64,000 nt of DNA from positions 62,001-126,000 of the forward strand of contig NW_026857787.1 in the NCBI RefSeq assembly GCF_026571515.1, in the 5' to 3' direction. Made by a program: the position numbers and the translations under genes. The stretch is from Ruditapes philippinarum (Eukaryota). The notes beneath the pieces were generated by a model. That model did no database searches and was not told the DNA's origin. It saw only the letters and a list, made by a program, of their open reading frames with translations. Numbering within the stretch: the stretch's first letter is position 1; each line of letters begins with the position of its first letter. Of the stretch, positions 51,196 through 64,000 are shown piece after piece.

Positions 51196-52365
51196 TGTCT
51201 ATTTCTATAAGTTCATCAAGTTTTATAATTCTTTTGTGTTTGTTCATTTTAAGTGCTTTCTCAAGTAGAATCCATTTAGCCGGAATTCTTGTTTTCATTT
51301 GTATTTTTCCTAAACGTGTTATATACGACCGTAAAGCATCAATTTCGCTTTCTGACTCACTTGTATTTGAAATAGCAAATTGATCAGGTTGAATATGATT
51401 AAGACATACACTGTCGTCAAATATTTGCCTGACCTCCTCAAAATAGTCCTCGACCTTACTGTCCATATTTAGTTTGTCCGTGTGGGTTCCTACTAAAATA
51501 ATAGCCGGTTCCATTCCATCCCTACTGCCAACAAATGAATTTACAGAAGCCACCCAGAATTTTAAATAGTCCCTCATTCTCTTTTGATGTAATGGGAACT
51601 CCTTATCTTCAATTATTGTGTCCAGGGATATGCTTAAATTAAACACTAGCACATAAACAGCATGTTTTGAATGAAATATTTGATGGGTAGCATAATAGAC
51701 AAACTGTCCTCCGAAGTCCCATATATTTAGCGTAACATTGTTGTCAAGGTTTATTGCCGCCTCAATGGATTCAACTCGTTTTAATTCAGTCTGAAATGAA
51801 TTTAAATTTTCGTAATTGACTGTTTTATTTCTAACATAAATATCAACAGCGCCAGCAATTTTAGTTTTGTTTTCTTTAACGTTTTCTCTTCTTTTGCCAT
51901 TGTACTCATCAGATATATCAATTATTTCGAGACCACGTGCTGAACAAATTTTGTTTTTATCTCTTGTTCTTGATATATCCGTAACTGAAGTGGGTGCTTC
52001 TTCATCTTTGTTAAGCAGTCCTTTTTCCCCATGAGTAACCGATGCAAATGTCTCGTACGTTCTTTCTCTTAGTGCAATATTGACCAAGCGCTGAACAGTT
52101 TCTTCGTCAAGATCTTCATTGTCTAACTTCTTCCATTCATTTTCGCTGATAACTGTGCATTTATGCAAGTCAATACCGTTGGTTGTTTCAACTCCTTCAA
52201 CTGACTTTTTCAATAAACGCCTTACTAATGACGTTTTGCCTTGCTCGCAACAACCAATAACCATAACTCGTATTGTGTTATCATTTTCTGTCCCTTTCTC
52301 TAATGCTTTTTCATAGAGTTCTCTTGTTTTTGGATCATTTGAAAGCTCATCTGGTACTGTATTTT
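51196..52365 (-). CDS. Roco gene: Roc GTPase domain and start of COR
   Basis: Acceptor ttttatag|AAAATACA; G1 GCCEQGKTS, G2 TNGID, G3 WDFGGQ, G4 VGTHTD, G5 ISN; then IPAKWILLE. Confidence 0.93.
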
Positions 52366-52694
52366 CTATAAAAAAACAAACATTAAACTACCATTTTTTC
52401 GTTACATGTGTTAAAACTTAGCCCATTCAAACAAAATATCTTTTTCAGCGTTTGCATTTTAATGGCGAACTTAAAATATCAATCAATATCCAAGACAACT
52501 AGGGGAAGGTTAATATATTAAGGTACTCAATCTACATAAATTTTGTAGATTTTTTGGGCCCTTTTTTAAAATGCCATCAGACATTTAGGAAAATAAGATC
52601 TGTTAATTGTAATTCTAAACTTTGCAGTACGGAAAAATTGGAAAGGTTGCATGTAGGATACAAATTAAGTCTAAAGAAGCATCAAACAATATTT

Positions 52695-54165
52695 ACAAAA
52701 GGGCCATGAGTCCTGAGTCGTTCACCAGAAACAACTGCTTTTCAGTAGAAGATAAAAGACGCCCCTAATAATGCTACAGACAAAGTTTGGTGATCATCCA
52801 TCAATCATTTCAGTTGGAGATGATGTTCAAATGTTTTTCTAATTACAGCTTTAGCGGCCCATAAATGGGGCAAATCAAATTGATACGAGCAAATGTGATA
52901 AAAGACTACCTAAGAATACTACAGACAAAATTTTGTGATCAACCATAAACTATTTCAGTAGGAGATGATGTTCAAAGGTGTTTCTACGTTTAGCTGTATC
53001 GGCCCCTAAAAGGGGCAAATCAAATTAATATGAGCAAACTTGTGAAAAGACAACCTGCGACTGCTACAAACAAAGTTAAATGATCATCCGTCATTTATTT
53101 CAAAAGGAGTTGATGTTCAAAGGTTTTTCTATTTTTAACTTAAGCAACCCCTAAAAGGGCCAATCAAATTAATATTAGCAAACTTGATAAAAGACTACCT
53201 AAGAATGCTACTGACAAAATTTGGTGATCATCCATCGATTAGTTTTGTAGAAGGAGACGTTTAAAAGTATTTCTGATTTTAGCTTAAGCAGTCCCTAGAA
53301 GAGGCCAATCAAATTAATATGAGCAAACTTGATAAAAGACTACCTCGGAATGCTACAGACATAATTTGGTGATAATCCATCAATAATTCAGTAGGAGATG
53401 ATGTTCAAATATGTCTAATTTAAGCTTTAGCGGCCCCTAAAAGGGGCCAACCAAATTAATATGAGCAAACCTGATAAAATACTACCTAAGAATGCTACAG
53501 ACAAAATTGGTGATCATCCATCAATTAGTTCTGTGGAAGGAGACCTTCAAAGGTATTTCTTATTCTAGCTTTATCGGCACCTGAAAGGGGCCAATCAAAT
53601 TAATATGAGCAAACTTCATAAGGCATTACTTAAGAATGCTACAGACAAAATTTGGTGATCATGCATCAATAATTCTTTAGGAGATGATGTTCAAATGTTT
53701 TTCTTTTTTAGCTTTAGCGGAACCAAAAAGTAGCCAACCAAATTAATATGAGCAAACTTGATTAAATACTACCTAAGAATGCTACAGACAGAGTTTGGTG
53801 ATCATCCATCACTTACTGAAGTTCTGCACAAGGAGATTTCTAAAGGCGTTTCTTTTTTTAAGTCTAGAAACCCCTAAGAATGCTACAAACAAATGTTGGT
53901 GATCATCCATAATTTAATTTAGTAGTAGAAGATGTTTTAAGGTTTTTCTATCTTTAGCTCTGTTGACTCTTAAAAGGGTCCAATTGAAATGACATGAGCA
54001 AATTTAAGTGTGACTGTCACAAGGATGCTACAGACCAAATTTGAGGTAAATCTGCCCATTATTTGCAGAATAGAAGATGATTGTTTACACATGACGACGG
54101 ACCCCGAGTACCCCCTTTGATACTAATAGCTCAACCTGAATCTGCATCTCTGATTAGCTATAAAT
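52695..54165 (-). mobile_element. Helentron/HINE-like element with about nine 144-bp tandem subunits (Roco intron)
   Basis: Unit atgctacagacaaa.tttggtgatcatccatc...aaattaatatgagcaaact; termini acaaaagggccatg and atagctcaacctg...agcta. Confidence 0.75.
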
Positions 54166-54175
54166 GGCGACTCAC

Positions 54176-54263
54176 CATTGCTTTTCGTTTCGTTCATTTC
54201 GTGTTTGTCTAATGGTGCGGTTAATTTTATACCAAAATTGAGAATGGTATGGTTAGTGTAATA
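54176..54263 (-). CDS. Roco gene: SH2 C-terminal exon
   Basis: tttcag|TATTAC; YYTNHTILNFGIKLTAPL...SN+G|gtgagt. Confidence 0.85.
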
Positions 54264-54902
54264 CTGAAACGAAATAATGATCAAATAAATAATTTAGCGC
54301 ATATATTCATACCAGCTTTTGCATTATAAAGCAAGTGGTCTTGGATATTTCATAGGAATATAACGCTTATCACGCTAACGCTTTAATGATGCATCTTCTA
54401 TTTAGTAGTGATTTTCCGTCATAAGTTATTGTTAATCATGTGGATTTTGTTTGTTTGTTTCATTTTACGCCTTTTCCCAACACTATTTCAGTCATATAGG
54501 CGGGTAGTTTCCTAACCATTGTTCCTGGAGAGTTACACCAGTACTAGACAACCTTCCTCCGCGCTAAACTATAATCACGTGGAAAGCTTTGCTATGATGT
54601 TAAAACATATATATTATAAATATTATAAAACAATATATATATGCTGTTTCTTAGTTCAAACAATTAAGCATGTAAATTGAAAATAACATTTTATGCTATA
54701 ATACTAAGTAATATCCAAATGAATATTATTACTAATCAATATGTCTTTTTATAAACAAACAAAACTGGTTATTGCTTCTCATTTCATGTATATCAAATGT
54801 GTATACAGGAAATGCAACACTGGCACTTATTTTAGCAAAGGAAAATGTTCATGCTTAAAAGAACTTAAAAGCAATAGAAATTTACAATTTTATCTTACTT
54901 AC

Positions 54903-55140
54903 TTCTATAAGTTTTGGTATACTAAAGAAAATATTATCATCCCTCTCAATTTGAAAATATTCACCAGGATTTGTGTACTTGATTTGAAACTGGAGTGCTT
55001 GTTTTCCAAGCGTTGGTCTTTTTACAACAAGAACAAGCCAATCTGGATGTGATTGACTTCGTCGTACGAGAAAGGTTCCATTTTCCTGATATTTCAGAAG
55101 TTTCTCTGATTTAGCATAAGAAATATTTCCATGGAACCAC
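54903..55140 (-). CDS. Roco gene: main SH2 exon
   Basis: WFHGNIS...GTFLVRRSQS...FFSIPKLIE|gtaagt. Confidence 0.93.
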
Positions 55141-55449
55141 CTGGAATTTGAATTTCCGAGTTCGTTCAACACAGCATATATAATTTGAATCTGTGATATG
55201 TATCTATTTAAGATGTCTTAATACGGAAATGTTAGAGCTACATGAAAATAAACGGAAAATACGCGGAAATGAGTAGAACTCTATATTGGTTGTCTTTAGA
55301 TTTCACTCCTTAGCTGGAAATGAAATGGTTACAGTTTATGTCCTTGTAAAAAAAAGACTTTATCTGTAGCTTTTTGTAAGTATTATTAATTCAATGTTTT
55401 CTCTTTTTTGGTTGTTAATCTGTAAAAAAAGAAATTATTTAATACTCAC

Positions 55450-55505
55450 GGGAAATCGTCAAGAGGGGCATCCGCTTCAATGACGTTGATCCAGTCCTTG
55501 CCATA
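55450..55505 (-). CDS. Roco gene: WW-SH2 linker exon
   Basis: YGKDWINVIEADAPLDDF(P) joins WFHG in phase 2; donor gtgagt. Confidence 0.82.
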
Positions 55506-55905
55506 CTTAAAATTAATATCGTAATTGTCAATTTTCCGGATGGTCAAAATAATACTCAAGATAATGCCATGAATATGTGTTTATAATTGTATATAGGTAT
55601 GATCACATGATTATATTAATTAAGAGGACATCCTATGCGGATGTGTGGATGCATGCTAGATACTGGGTCATTTATATACAGTTTAAATGTTGGGTATGTA
55701 GAGTTGCTATCTCGTGTATTGTAGTTACGAATTAAATACAAAGAATATTTAAGTGTTGTTGAATTTAAAAAACCTAAGGTTCACTGACATTTTTTTTCTT
55801 TCGACTTTACTCCTTACTATATTTAAACAACAACAACACTGACAACAACTAAAACATCATGTATTGTGGAAAATTATTTTAGTTCATATATTTAAGTTAA
55901 CATAC

Positions 55906-55961
55906 TTTTTTGGTTTGGACACCAGATTCTTTTGGATCTTCCAACTGGGCCAGCCTTTTTT
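55906..55961 (-). CDS. Roco gene: WW C-terminal exon
   Basis: tctttag|AAAAAAGG; KKRLAQLEDPKESGVQTKK|gtatgt. Confidence 0.8.
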
Positions 55962-56665
55962 CTAAAGAAAAGACGCAAAATGATGCAAAAACTGGCGTGT
56001 TATTTAGCTACCTTTTATAGAATTAAAATAAATGTAGATAAGGTTAAAATAGTCTTGAGTTCTCTTTTTATAATAAATACGGTAGTAATTTCCTTAAAGG
56101 CCAGAACAAATATTTTGTGGTGTTATGTGTTCATGTTCGTCTTTTGTCCATTTGTTATGGGTGATTGAACTGGTTTTGCAAGTTATGTGATGGATGATTG
56201 ATTTTGGTATGCAAGTTATTTTTAGATGATTTGGTTCTGGAATGTAACAATTTTTACTCCATGACTCGTTTTTGAAGTGACAACATTAATCCTTCACTGT
56301 TTTTCAGTAATTTCTCTACAGAAATAATTGCTTTTTATTTTTATTAATTATTAAACTCTTCTCTCTTCTATCAAGCCTTTATACATTATAAACAATTTCA
56401 CAAATAAATATATGTTGTGTAATATGTTGTACTATGTATTTTGTGAAATGCATTTGTCTTGTTAAATATGTGTTACGTAAGTGATGTCTTATTGTTATTC
56501 ATTTGTTGCAGGTTTAATTCGTTATTAAATAAATACATCTAAACCTCATTGCGTGTTGGATTGACATAAACCCCACCACTACATATTGGCTCCCATGTTG
56601 ACATTGATGAAAGTCAACTTAAACGCTCTCGACTCTTGTTAAACATGATTGCGATGTTGTTGGGG

Positions 56666-57340
56666 TTTTTTATGCCCCCGAAGGCAGGCATAATATAATC
56701 GCACCGTATGTCTGTCCGTCCGGGTATCCGTCCGTCCGTAGGTCCGTCTGTGCGTCCCCACTTCATTCGTGTCGGACTGTAACTTTGTTATACATTAAGG
56801 GATTTTGAAATAACTTGGCACAAATGTCTACCACATCAAGACGATGTGTGGCGTCCAATAACCACGTCCCGACCTCAAAGGTCAATGTCACACTATCGTT
56901 TTGAAGTTTTACATTATTGTAATGAGAGTCAATAGGTTCACACATTGGTCATGCATCGAATGATTTTAAAATAACTTGGCATTATGTCTTCCACATCAAG
57001 ACAATGTGTCGCGTCTAAGAATTACGACTCTACCACAAAGGTCAATGTGACACTAACATCTGGAAGTTTCACATCACATTTAGAATTAATAGGTACACAC
57101 AATCGTGTCCGGGCTGTAACTTTGTCATGCATGGAAGGATTTTTAAATAACTTAGCATAAATGTCCACAACATCAAGACGATGTGTCGCGTTTAATAATA
57201 ACGTCCCTTTCTCAAAGATCAAGGTCACACTACCATGTTGAAGTTCACTTAAGCACAATTAAAGTTTAAAGGTACACACATTCGTGTCCGGGCTGTAACT
57301 TTGTCAGGCATTGAAGGATTTTAAAATAACTTATAACATA
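56666..57340 (+). mobile_element. Truncated Helentron/HINE-like element with about 175-bp subunits
   Basis: tttttatgccccc...ggcata, (ccgt)n, repeated tcgtgtcc.ggctgtaactttgt and aaggtcaa.gtcacac. Confidence 0.7.
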
Positions 57341-57512
57341 AAATACCTAGCAGCTGAAAGGTACGATATTAATTAATTACCCTTAGATTTATACGTTTGT
57401 GTGTGTATTAAAACATACGCCTTAGAACATGCTTAACGTCTATGAAACAAAAAGAGATGTCATACTTTACGTTAACGGAAATGATCGGGATAAGATAAAA
57501 GATAAAACTTAC

Positions 57513-57570
57513 TAGGGTGAACATAAAATACACGACCATGGATAGTATCATATCTCTTCTCCCATCCATC
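57513..57570 (-). CDS. Roco gene: WW domain exon
   Basis: ttttcag|GATGGATGG; DGWEKRYDTIHGRVFYVHP+A|gtaagt. Confidence 0.85.
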
Positions 57571-57890
57571 CTGAAAATAATGCATTAAAAAAAACTGTAA
57601 GGCATCACAAGTTTATCCTACCATAATTCAATCTAGGGCAGCACTAAATTTATAAATAATAAACATGAATTCAAGTAGAGGAATAGGAACGAGATTTAGC
57701 TTTAAAATATTTATTGTTAATGGTTTTGTACGAAATGACAGGCATAGGCATAAATTGTGGTTATTCCAAATTCTAACACAACACGACCCTCATTTTTCCC
57801 TTATTGAACATTAGGACCGAAGTGTGGTGTGTGTTAATATGTAATAACATTACTGTTATAAAATCATTGTCGAAAACAAGTGATTCTTAC

Positions 57891-57920
57891 TTCTAAGCTT
57901 TCTTCTCTGGAGTCTTCCAT
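57891..57920 (-). CDS. Roco gene: probable first coding exon
   Basis: aactATGGAAGAC; MEDSREESLE|gtaaga, phase 0; an acceptor (ttttgtgcag) just upstream suggests a 5' UTR intron. Confidence 0.72.
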
Positions 57921-60900
57921 AGTTTATATCTCACAATCCCTGCACAAAAAGGAATGCTTCTTCAGTGTCTATACCGCTGAAGTGTTACAGTGTTAAAAAA
58001 TATATTTAAGTTTATTGATTTAAGTTGATTATTATTCAGGACAAATTAAAACAACATATATCTTGATACAACTTTTGTACATGACAAATATAAATCAATC
58101 TATAAAGCTTCTACAAAATTATCTTATACTCAGAACTAGGGCATATTTGCCAGCTTTAACATTCGCAAATAAAAATTTGCTTTACACTTCACGCGTTATG
58201 ATGAACACACAATTTGCTTCATTGAAAATTTTTAAAAAATGCAATACCACTCAATATCCGCCTCACTTCTTATTCTTTGACATACCATGTAAACATAACA
58301 TATATATCTAGATCCAATGCAATTATTTCCTTATGGTTTAATTTTTATCTTTCTGGCTTTGATTATACATTATTTTTATTTATTACCATGTATATTTGTG
58401 ACCGGTAAAGTGATTTGTATCGATCATGTTATGTTGTTATTTATAAATTTTCAAAGGATGCAATCTTTTTATTCTTATACTTTATCTTTTTAAACGGCGA
58501 CAACAATAATGCTTTGAAGTAGATTTAATATAAAAACAGAAACAGAAATATCAACTTCATAATTTAGCGTCTATCATTGTTTGTGTTTGATACTGTTTTA
58601 CAACAGACCATATTCCAATTATTGTTTTAGCGGTTGTAAGTCAATCAAACCAGTGTTCCGCACTTCTTTACCCGTATAAACTAAAATACGTACTCAAATA
58701 CACAAGCACGCACACACACGCACGCACATTCGCACAAACACGTACACTAACAAAAAGGAACAACGAGCTGCTTATGATGACCCTGCATCTCAAAAGAGAG
58801 TTACATATTGTCAAAGCACGCTAAATTTAATTGACTGTTCAATGTCAAATGTCAGTCACACTTGGTTTGTCGTTTTTAAACAGACTACATGTTTTTGTTT
58901 CTTTATATTACTTAAATATATATTTTGCAAAATGATTCCTGACTCTAAGCCTCTTGGCATTGTATTTTCACATAATTAATTAAACATATTGAGCTAGTAC
59001 GTTCTATACATCTATACACTTAGTGACCCTTCAGGAAGCAACATCCACATTTGAACCGAGGGTTGGAGACATGATTTATTTAATTTTATAGTGGACAACA
59101 AGGTGAAACCTAAGTAAAATAAATGACCCCCAACAGCAAGCTATTTATAAACCTCATTGCCATTACTAATTTCACTTTCATAAAGATCAACAAGGCAATA
59201 CTAAATGCAAAAACTATTTGTAATGAAGTAATACGACAGAAGACTTTGATGTATTTCTTTAAACAAGCTTATATTAAGTCACCCCCGGGTTTCGGCCACT
59301 TTTCATCCCAGAAGGTTTATATAACACCTGTAGAGGACCACACGGTGATTCTTTGTGCAAAATAGCTTAGCTCCAATCATTATACTTCCAGAGCAGAAGC
59401 TTGTCAAGACACGTTTAAATTGTATAAATTAAATGAACCAAATTAAACGCTCGCCCATTTTTGACCCTAGAGGCATCATATTATCTTCTTGAAGAGATCA
59501 AACTAGGCAACACTACCCATCATATATGTAATTTATTGTCATATAATTGTTGTTTTAAAACAAAACTTTTTTGTATGATATTTAAATACAAATGAAATTC
59601 TCTCCGGAATCGGACCAGTTTTGACCTTAGAGGCATGATTTATTTTTAACTTTTGTCGAAAATGACTAGGTACATGCCAAATATAAAGATAATGGTTCTT
59701 CTTGAAAAAGACTTTTACTTGACAAATCATTTTAAACAAACCCTCAAGAAAGTGTATTGTTACCGTAGAGGCAAAATTATATAATTTTGTACAAATCAAC
59801 TTGGCAATGCGTCATGCCAAATATCTAAGCCTTCTCTTGAAATTGAAGTTTTCCAAATTCTAAGAAGACTTAAATGTATATTCCGATTCACTTCTCTTTA
59901 AACTACAACAAGAGCATGATTTATATCAATTTTGTTCGGGATCGCTAGATCATCCTACATACCTAATATTTAAGACATAGACATTGAAGGTTTTGAACAG
60001 TCCTTTGTGATATTTCACTTTAAATGTCTACATAAATTTCGTGAGACCTGGTTGAGAACCAAGTTTTACGTCAGAGGTTTGCTTTACATAAATTTTTTAG
60101 CGATTTTAATAATTGATAATGCCAAATATCTGAGCTCTGTGCATTTTAGTTCCATGTATATTGGCATAATAAATGAAGTGATCTATAGGGTGGGCAATAT
60201 TTTGATCAAATAAGTATGAGTTATTTAAGTTAGCAGAGCACAAGTTGATGTCAAACATCTTAATTCTAGGCATTGTTGTTTTTGAGAATATTTCATTTTA
60301 AGTTTTTTTTTTGCTCCTGTAGCCTGCCTACTAATGCATTCAACTGTAATCATTTATACACATTTTAATGTTTTGTTTGTCCAAATCAAATCCAAAGTTT
60401 TGGGGAAATGTTTGTGTGCGTGTGTGTATTTTATCTATTTATTTATAATCAATTTATTTTATTAGAAATTGTAGGTGGAGGACAGACAATAATGCTGTCA
60501 AAAATGCCTATTTTCATCTCTATTTTTTTGGAAAATGTTGTGTACAAACATTAGCATTATAAAACTTTGGTGCAAGCTGTTTATTTTGTTGTTTTTAATG
60601 TTTACACTTTAGAATGCGAGTTAAGGCGATTCGGAAATGTAAACAATGTAAATACATACTTAGGTATTACAATTGTTATACATCTCAAATGTGTTTTGAA
60701 TTGTGGATTTGTATTGTTCAGCTGTTGCCAATAGTTAAAGTGTTATTTACATATAACATGTTTAACCGAAACCATTACTAAGATTTGTTTTAAAACAAAA
60801 CAAAATTTTATTTATTGCTTAATATATGTTCCTGCACAGTAAATTGTATTGTTAAAACAAAACTAAACATTCCTCAAATAGTTTCTAACAAACGAGAGCT

Positions 60901-62879
60901 GATACGCGTGTCAATAACAATAAATCAGACATTTTATGTGATAAAAACCTATTGTAATTAATATTTTAAGAACATTAACATATCCTTTAAAAATGAATAA
61001 TAATTATTAATAAAACTTAATAAGATAGAACAGAACAACACTTCCTTAACTCTTGCAACATGTTTTATAGTATACAAAGCAAAGTTTGTAAATATATAAT
61101 AAGTGACATGCCGACTGAGCATCTGAAGGAATACTATCAATATTTTCTATTATTTGGACATCATATCATTACAAAGCGGTCGGATTTGGGGTAAATGTAC
61201 ACATATTTTGGCGATTGTTTAACAAAATTGGTCAATTTTGAAACGGATTATAGGTATGGAGGTTTAGGCGGATCGGTGATATTTATAAACTACTGTGAAT
61301 AAAATACTAAGGCAAGAGCTGATCATAATGAAAATTAGTGAAAAGAAATGGACCTGATGTGAATTAATTGATTAATTTAGGTATCGTAAGTATTTCATTA
61401 CCTATATTTTCATATTTACAATTCTAATAGAACCTTTTACAAATAAGTAGCTTTAAAGCAGTTTAACATATTACATGTTTAACAGTTTAATACTGTATAG
61501 AAGTTATAAATTTACGCGACTGAATTCTTCAGTTAGGTTGTATGACAGAATTACTTGTGAATAGTTGGCTGAATCTGAAATTATTAGGTCTATTATAATA
61601 ATATACATCAAAAACGGTCCTTGTAACCGATCGTTAAACAAATCGTCTGCTACCGCATTAGAATCACAGACTGTTATAACTATTGTAACCATTTCTAAAA
61701 ATTAATGTGCAGACATTATTGTTATAAATATTATAACTATTTCTTTAAGATAACAGTTAGCATCCGGTTATGGAGGGCGATCGTTGCCAAAATTCCAGAC
61801 ATGTAAAGTGTTCCTTTTTAAAATGACTTTTGAAAATGCGAACTTGTATGCCTACCATTTTTATTGTATGCCTTTTAATTCAATCTTTTAATTGAAGGTT
61901 ACCGCCTTTATATAACAAGTTTACATATATATCGTAACAACTGACCTAACATCTAAAACGACAACAAATTTACAAGTTCGTATCTTCCATTGCATGCAAA
62001 ACATACGCATGTTTGCACACTTATAGATCTGTAATATACAAATGAAATGTAAAACTCGAATACGGAAAATAGAGTTTAAGAAAACGTGTTACCAGTTGTA
62101 GAACTACAAGAGTACGTTAACACAGTTACATGTTTAAAATGACAAAAGTAGATTCACAAAGTTAAACGATTTTAAGTCAAGCATAACGCCCCGCCCCTCT
62201 CGGAGTATTTACGACCTTCTATTGCGGACAGGTATAAAACGGCGCCTCTCCCATATTTTTAAATAAAACTGAAGGACAACATACGGCATTTTTCATAACA
62301 TATATATGTTGCATTTGTTACAAAAGTTTTGTCACTAGCAACATCACTTGAAAATTGCTGATTTTACCATTTATGATGAAGATAACTTGTGCATTACCTT
62401 ATTATTTAACATCGTGTTCTTATCAGTTACAAATTATTTATCATTTTAGTGATTAGCCTGTCCGTGCTATGCCTAGTGCCCTGGCCATGTGTTTTGTTTG
62501 GGGACCGCCTGGGCTTCTTGCCACTTGTTCTTGTTGCTGGGTCATGTAGGGTTGCGTTCATTGAGCGCCGCCTTTCCTTGTTGATCTTGTTTATCATATA
62601 TTCCTGAGAAACATCGGCGATTTGGAAATTTTTAGGGGAAACAATGACCAACTTCAAGGGAGTAATTTTATTGATAATGTAAAAACATCCAATACTCTTA
62701 TTGGTATCATTGAAAAATGTATTGGCACAAATTTCACTTTCAACAAAAACTATGCAAGTATTTGCAAAAATAGGATTTTAAAGCGGCCACCGAGATTTCC
62801 TTTCCGAAATCAAGAAAATACTTATCCGTAGCACATATGTACAATCTTTAATACGGTATTTTCAGTATGAATAAAAACT

Positions 62880-64000
62880 TTTTGCACTTGTTCATTATCC
62901 CTCATGTACAGACTCAATCAAACCGAGTCTGCAATTCTTATGTAATTTTGTAGTGATTAATGCTTCCGAGGGATCATTTTGTTTCCAGATTTTAATACTT
63001 CACAACAGCAGGTGCCAAGTGCCGTGTGGCAGTTGTAAAAAGTTGCCCCGTACTTCACTTCAGTGTTTTTCTGGTCATTCGGGATCATTGATGCCAGCGC
63101 TATTAAGTGTTTAGAATTGAGTACCGTTCAAGCCGGTGCTAGGGGGCGTGTCACTTACGTGTCACATTGAAGGTTGCATGATAATCGTCACTTGTTCATT
63201 ATCCCTCATGTGCAGACTCAATCAAACCGAATCTGCAATTCTTATGTAATTTTCCGCCGCCTTTCCTTGATGATCTTGTTTATTATCAAAATTGACCAAG
63301 AAATAAAAAAAGTAAGTAGGGGGCGCCATGTTTTTTTCTTACTGAATTTCAGAGTGTGTTTTTTTTTTACTTGGGGATCATATGCCGTTTTTCATGGTAT
63401 GGCACTTACGTGTCACATTGAAGGTTCCATGATAATCGCCATATTAACACATCTGCGGATGTTTCAAAATTGTACCAGTTCATGTTGAATTTTGCTTAAG
63501 CCGGTGCTAGGGGGCGTGGACGATAACTTGCTCTTTCCATTACCGTCCATGAGCAGGCTCAATCAAACCGGGCCTGCAACATTCTCAATTTTGTCGTTTT
63601 GAGCGTTCTTTAGGGATTCTTATTTTCTCTATTTTACAAAAAGTAACATGATAAACTTTTTAACGAAAGTTAATTCAGTTTGATTTAATTCATTTTTATT
63701 TTTAGGCATTATATAATTATATATCATAAATCGTATGAAGCACACTTTTATTTCAATCCAAAATTATCAAAATATATTACGAACTTAAAAAAAAGTTTGG
63801 AGGGAACGCCGTGTTTTTCTTACCAATTCGAGAGTGTTATTTTCAGAGTAAAAAAACCTAAAAATTCCATACATCTATTTAATTCATTTTTATTTCCGAG
63901 GCACTCATAGAAAGCTTATGGAGTAATCTTTCATTTGATACCAATAATATTGGACTTTTTATAGAAATAAAAAAGTTAGAATGGACGCCGTGTTTTCCTT
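62880..64000. repeat. Cluster of internally duplicated repeat blocks; related fragment at about 2480-2580
   Basis: catgt.cagactcaatcaaaccga and its variants at about 2488, 62903, 63207 and 63548; aagccggtgctagggggcgtg twice; cacttacgtgtcacattgaaggtt twice. Confidence 0.65.

Larger units (their letters stand above)
43847..57920 (-). pseudogene. Roco-family gene WW-SH2-Roc-COR-Death (about 996 codons when reconstructed), disrupted by a DIRS insertion and an in-frame TAG
   Basis: Exons 57920-57891, 57570-57513, 55961-55906, 55505-55450, 55140-54903, 54263-54176 and 52365-43847 (minus 45142-51195). All introns are GT-AG and phase-compatible. Confidence 0.88.

Noticed and set aside
43847-55172. 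Four separate genes (SH2, Roc, COR, Death ORFs)
   Set aside because: They join into one frame once introns, the insertion and one stop are accounted for.
58000-64000. Short ORFs upstream of the Roco gene
   Set aside because: No recognisable domains or consistent exon chain; mostly degenerate repeats.

Overview
AT-rich, intron-rich animal DNA; the repeat families and gene types suggest a bivalve mollusc (inference). There are two convergent genes and one embedded retrotransposon. (1) On the + strand, 517-37929 holds the 3' part of a large extracellular glycoprotein gene: at least 20 one-domain-per-exon Sushi/CCP modules in two length classes, 3 calcium-binding EGF exons, NIDO and AMOP, then an RKRR furin-like site and a GPI-signal-like hydrophobic tail with no vWD domain. 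(2) On the - strand, 57920-43847 holds a complete 7-exon Roco-family gene with the unusual order WW-SH2-Roc-COR-Death and no LRR or kinase. This copy is disabled by a retrotransposon insertion and an in-frame TAG. (3) The insertion (45142-51195, 6054 bp, +) is a DIRS-order tyrosine-recombinase retrotransposon with identical split direct repeats (A1...B1A2...B2). It integrated through a GAC core, and removing it restores the host reading frame exactly. It has an apparent 937-bp spliceosomal intron in gag, a damaged RT/RNase H/methyltransferase region, an intact recombinase, and a stem-loop that can form only at the B-A junction. The introns contain many MITEs, palindromic elements, Helentron-like elements with internal tandem arrays, minisatellites and a SINE.
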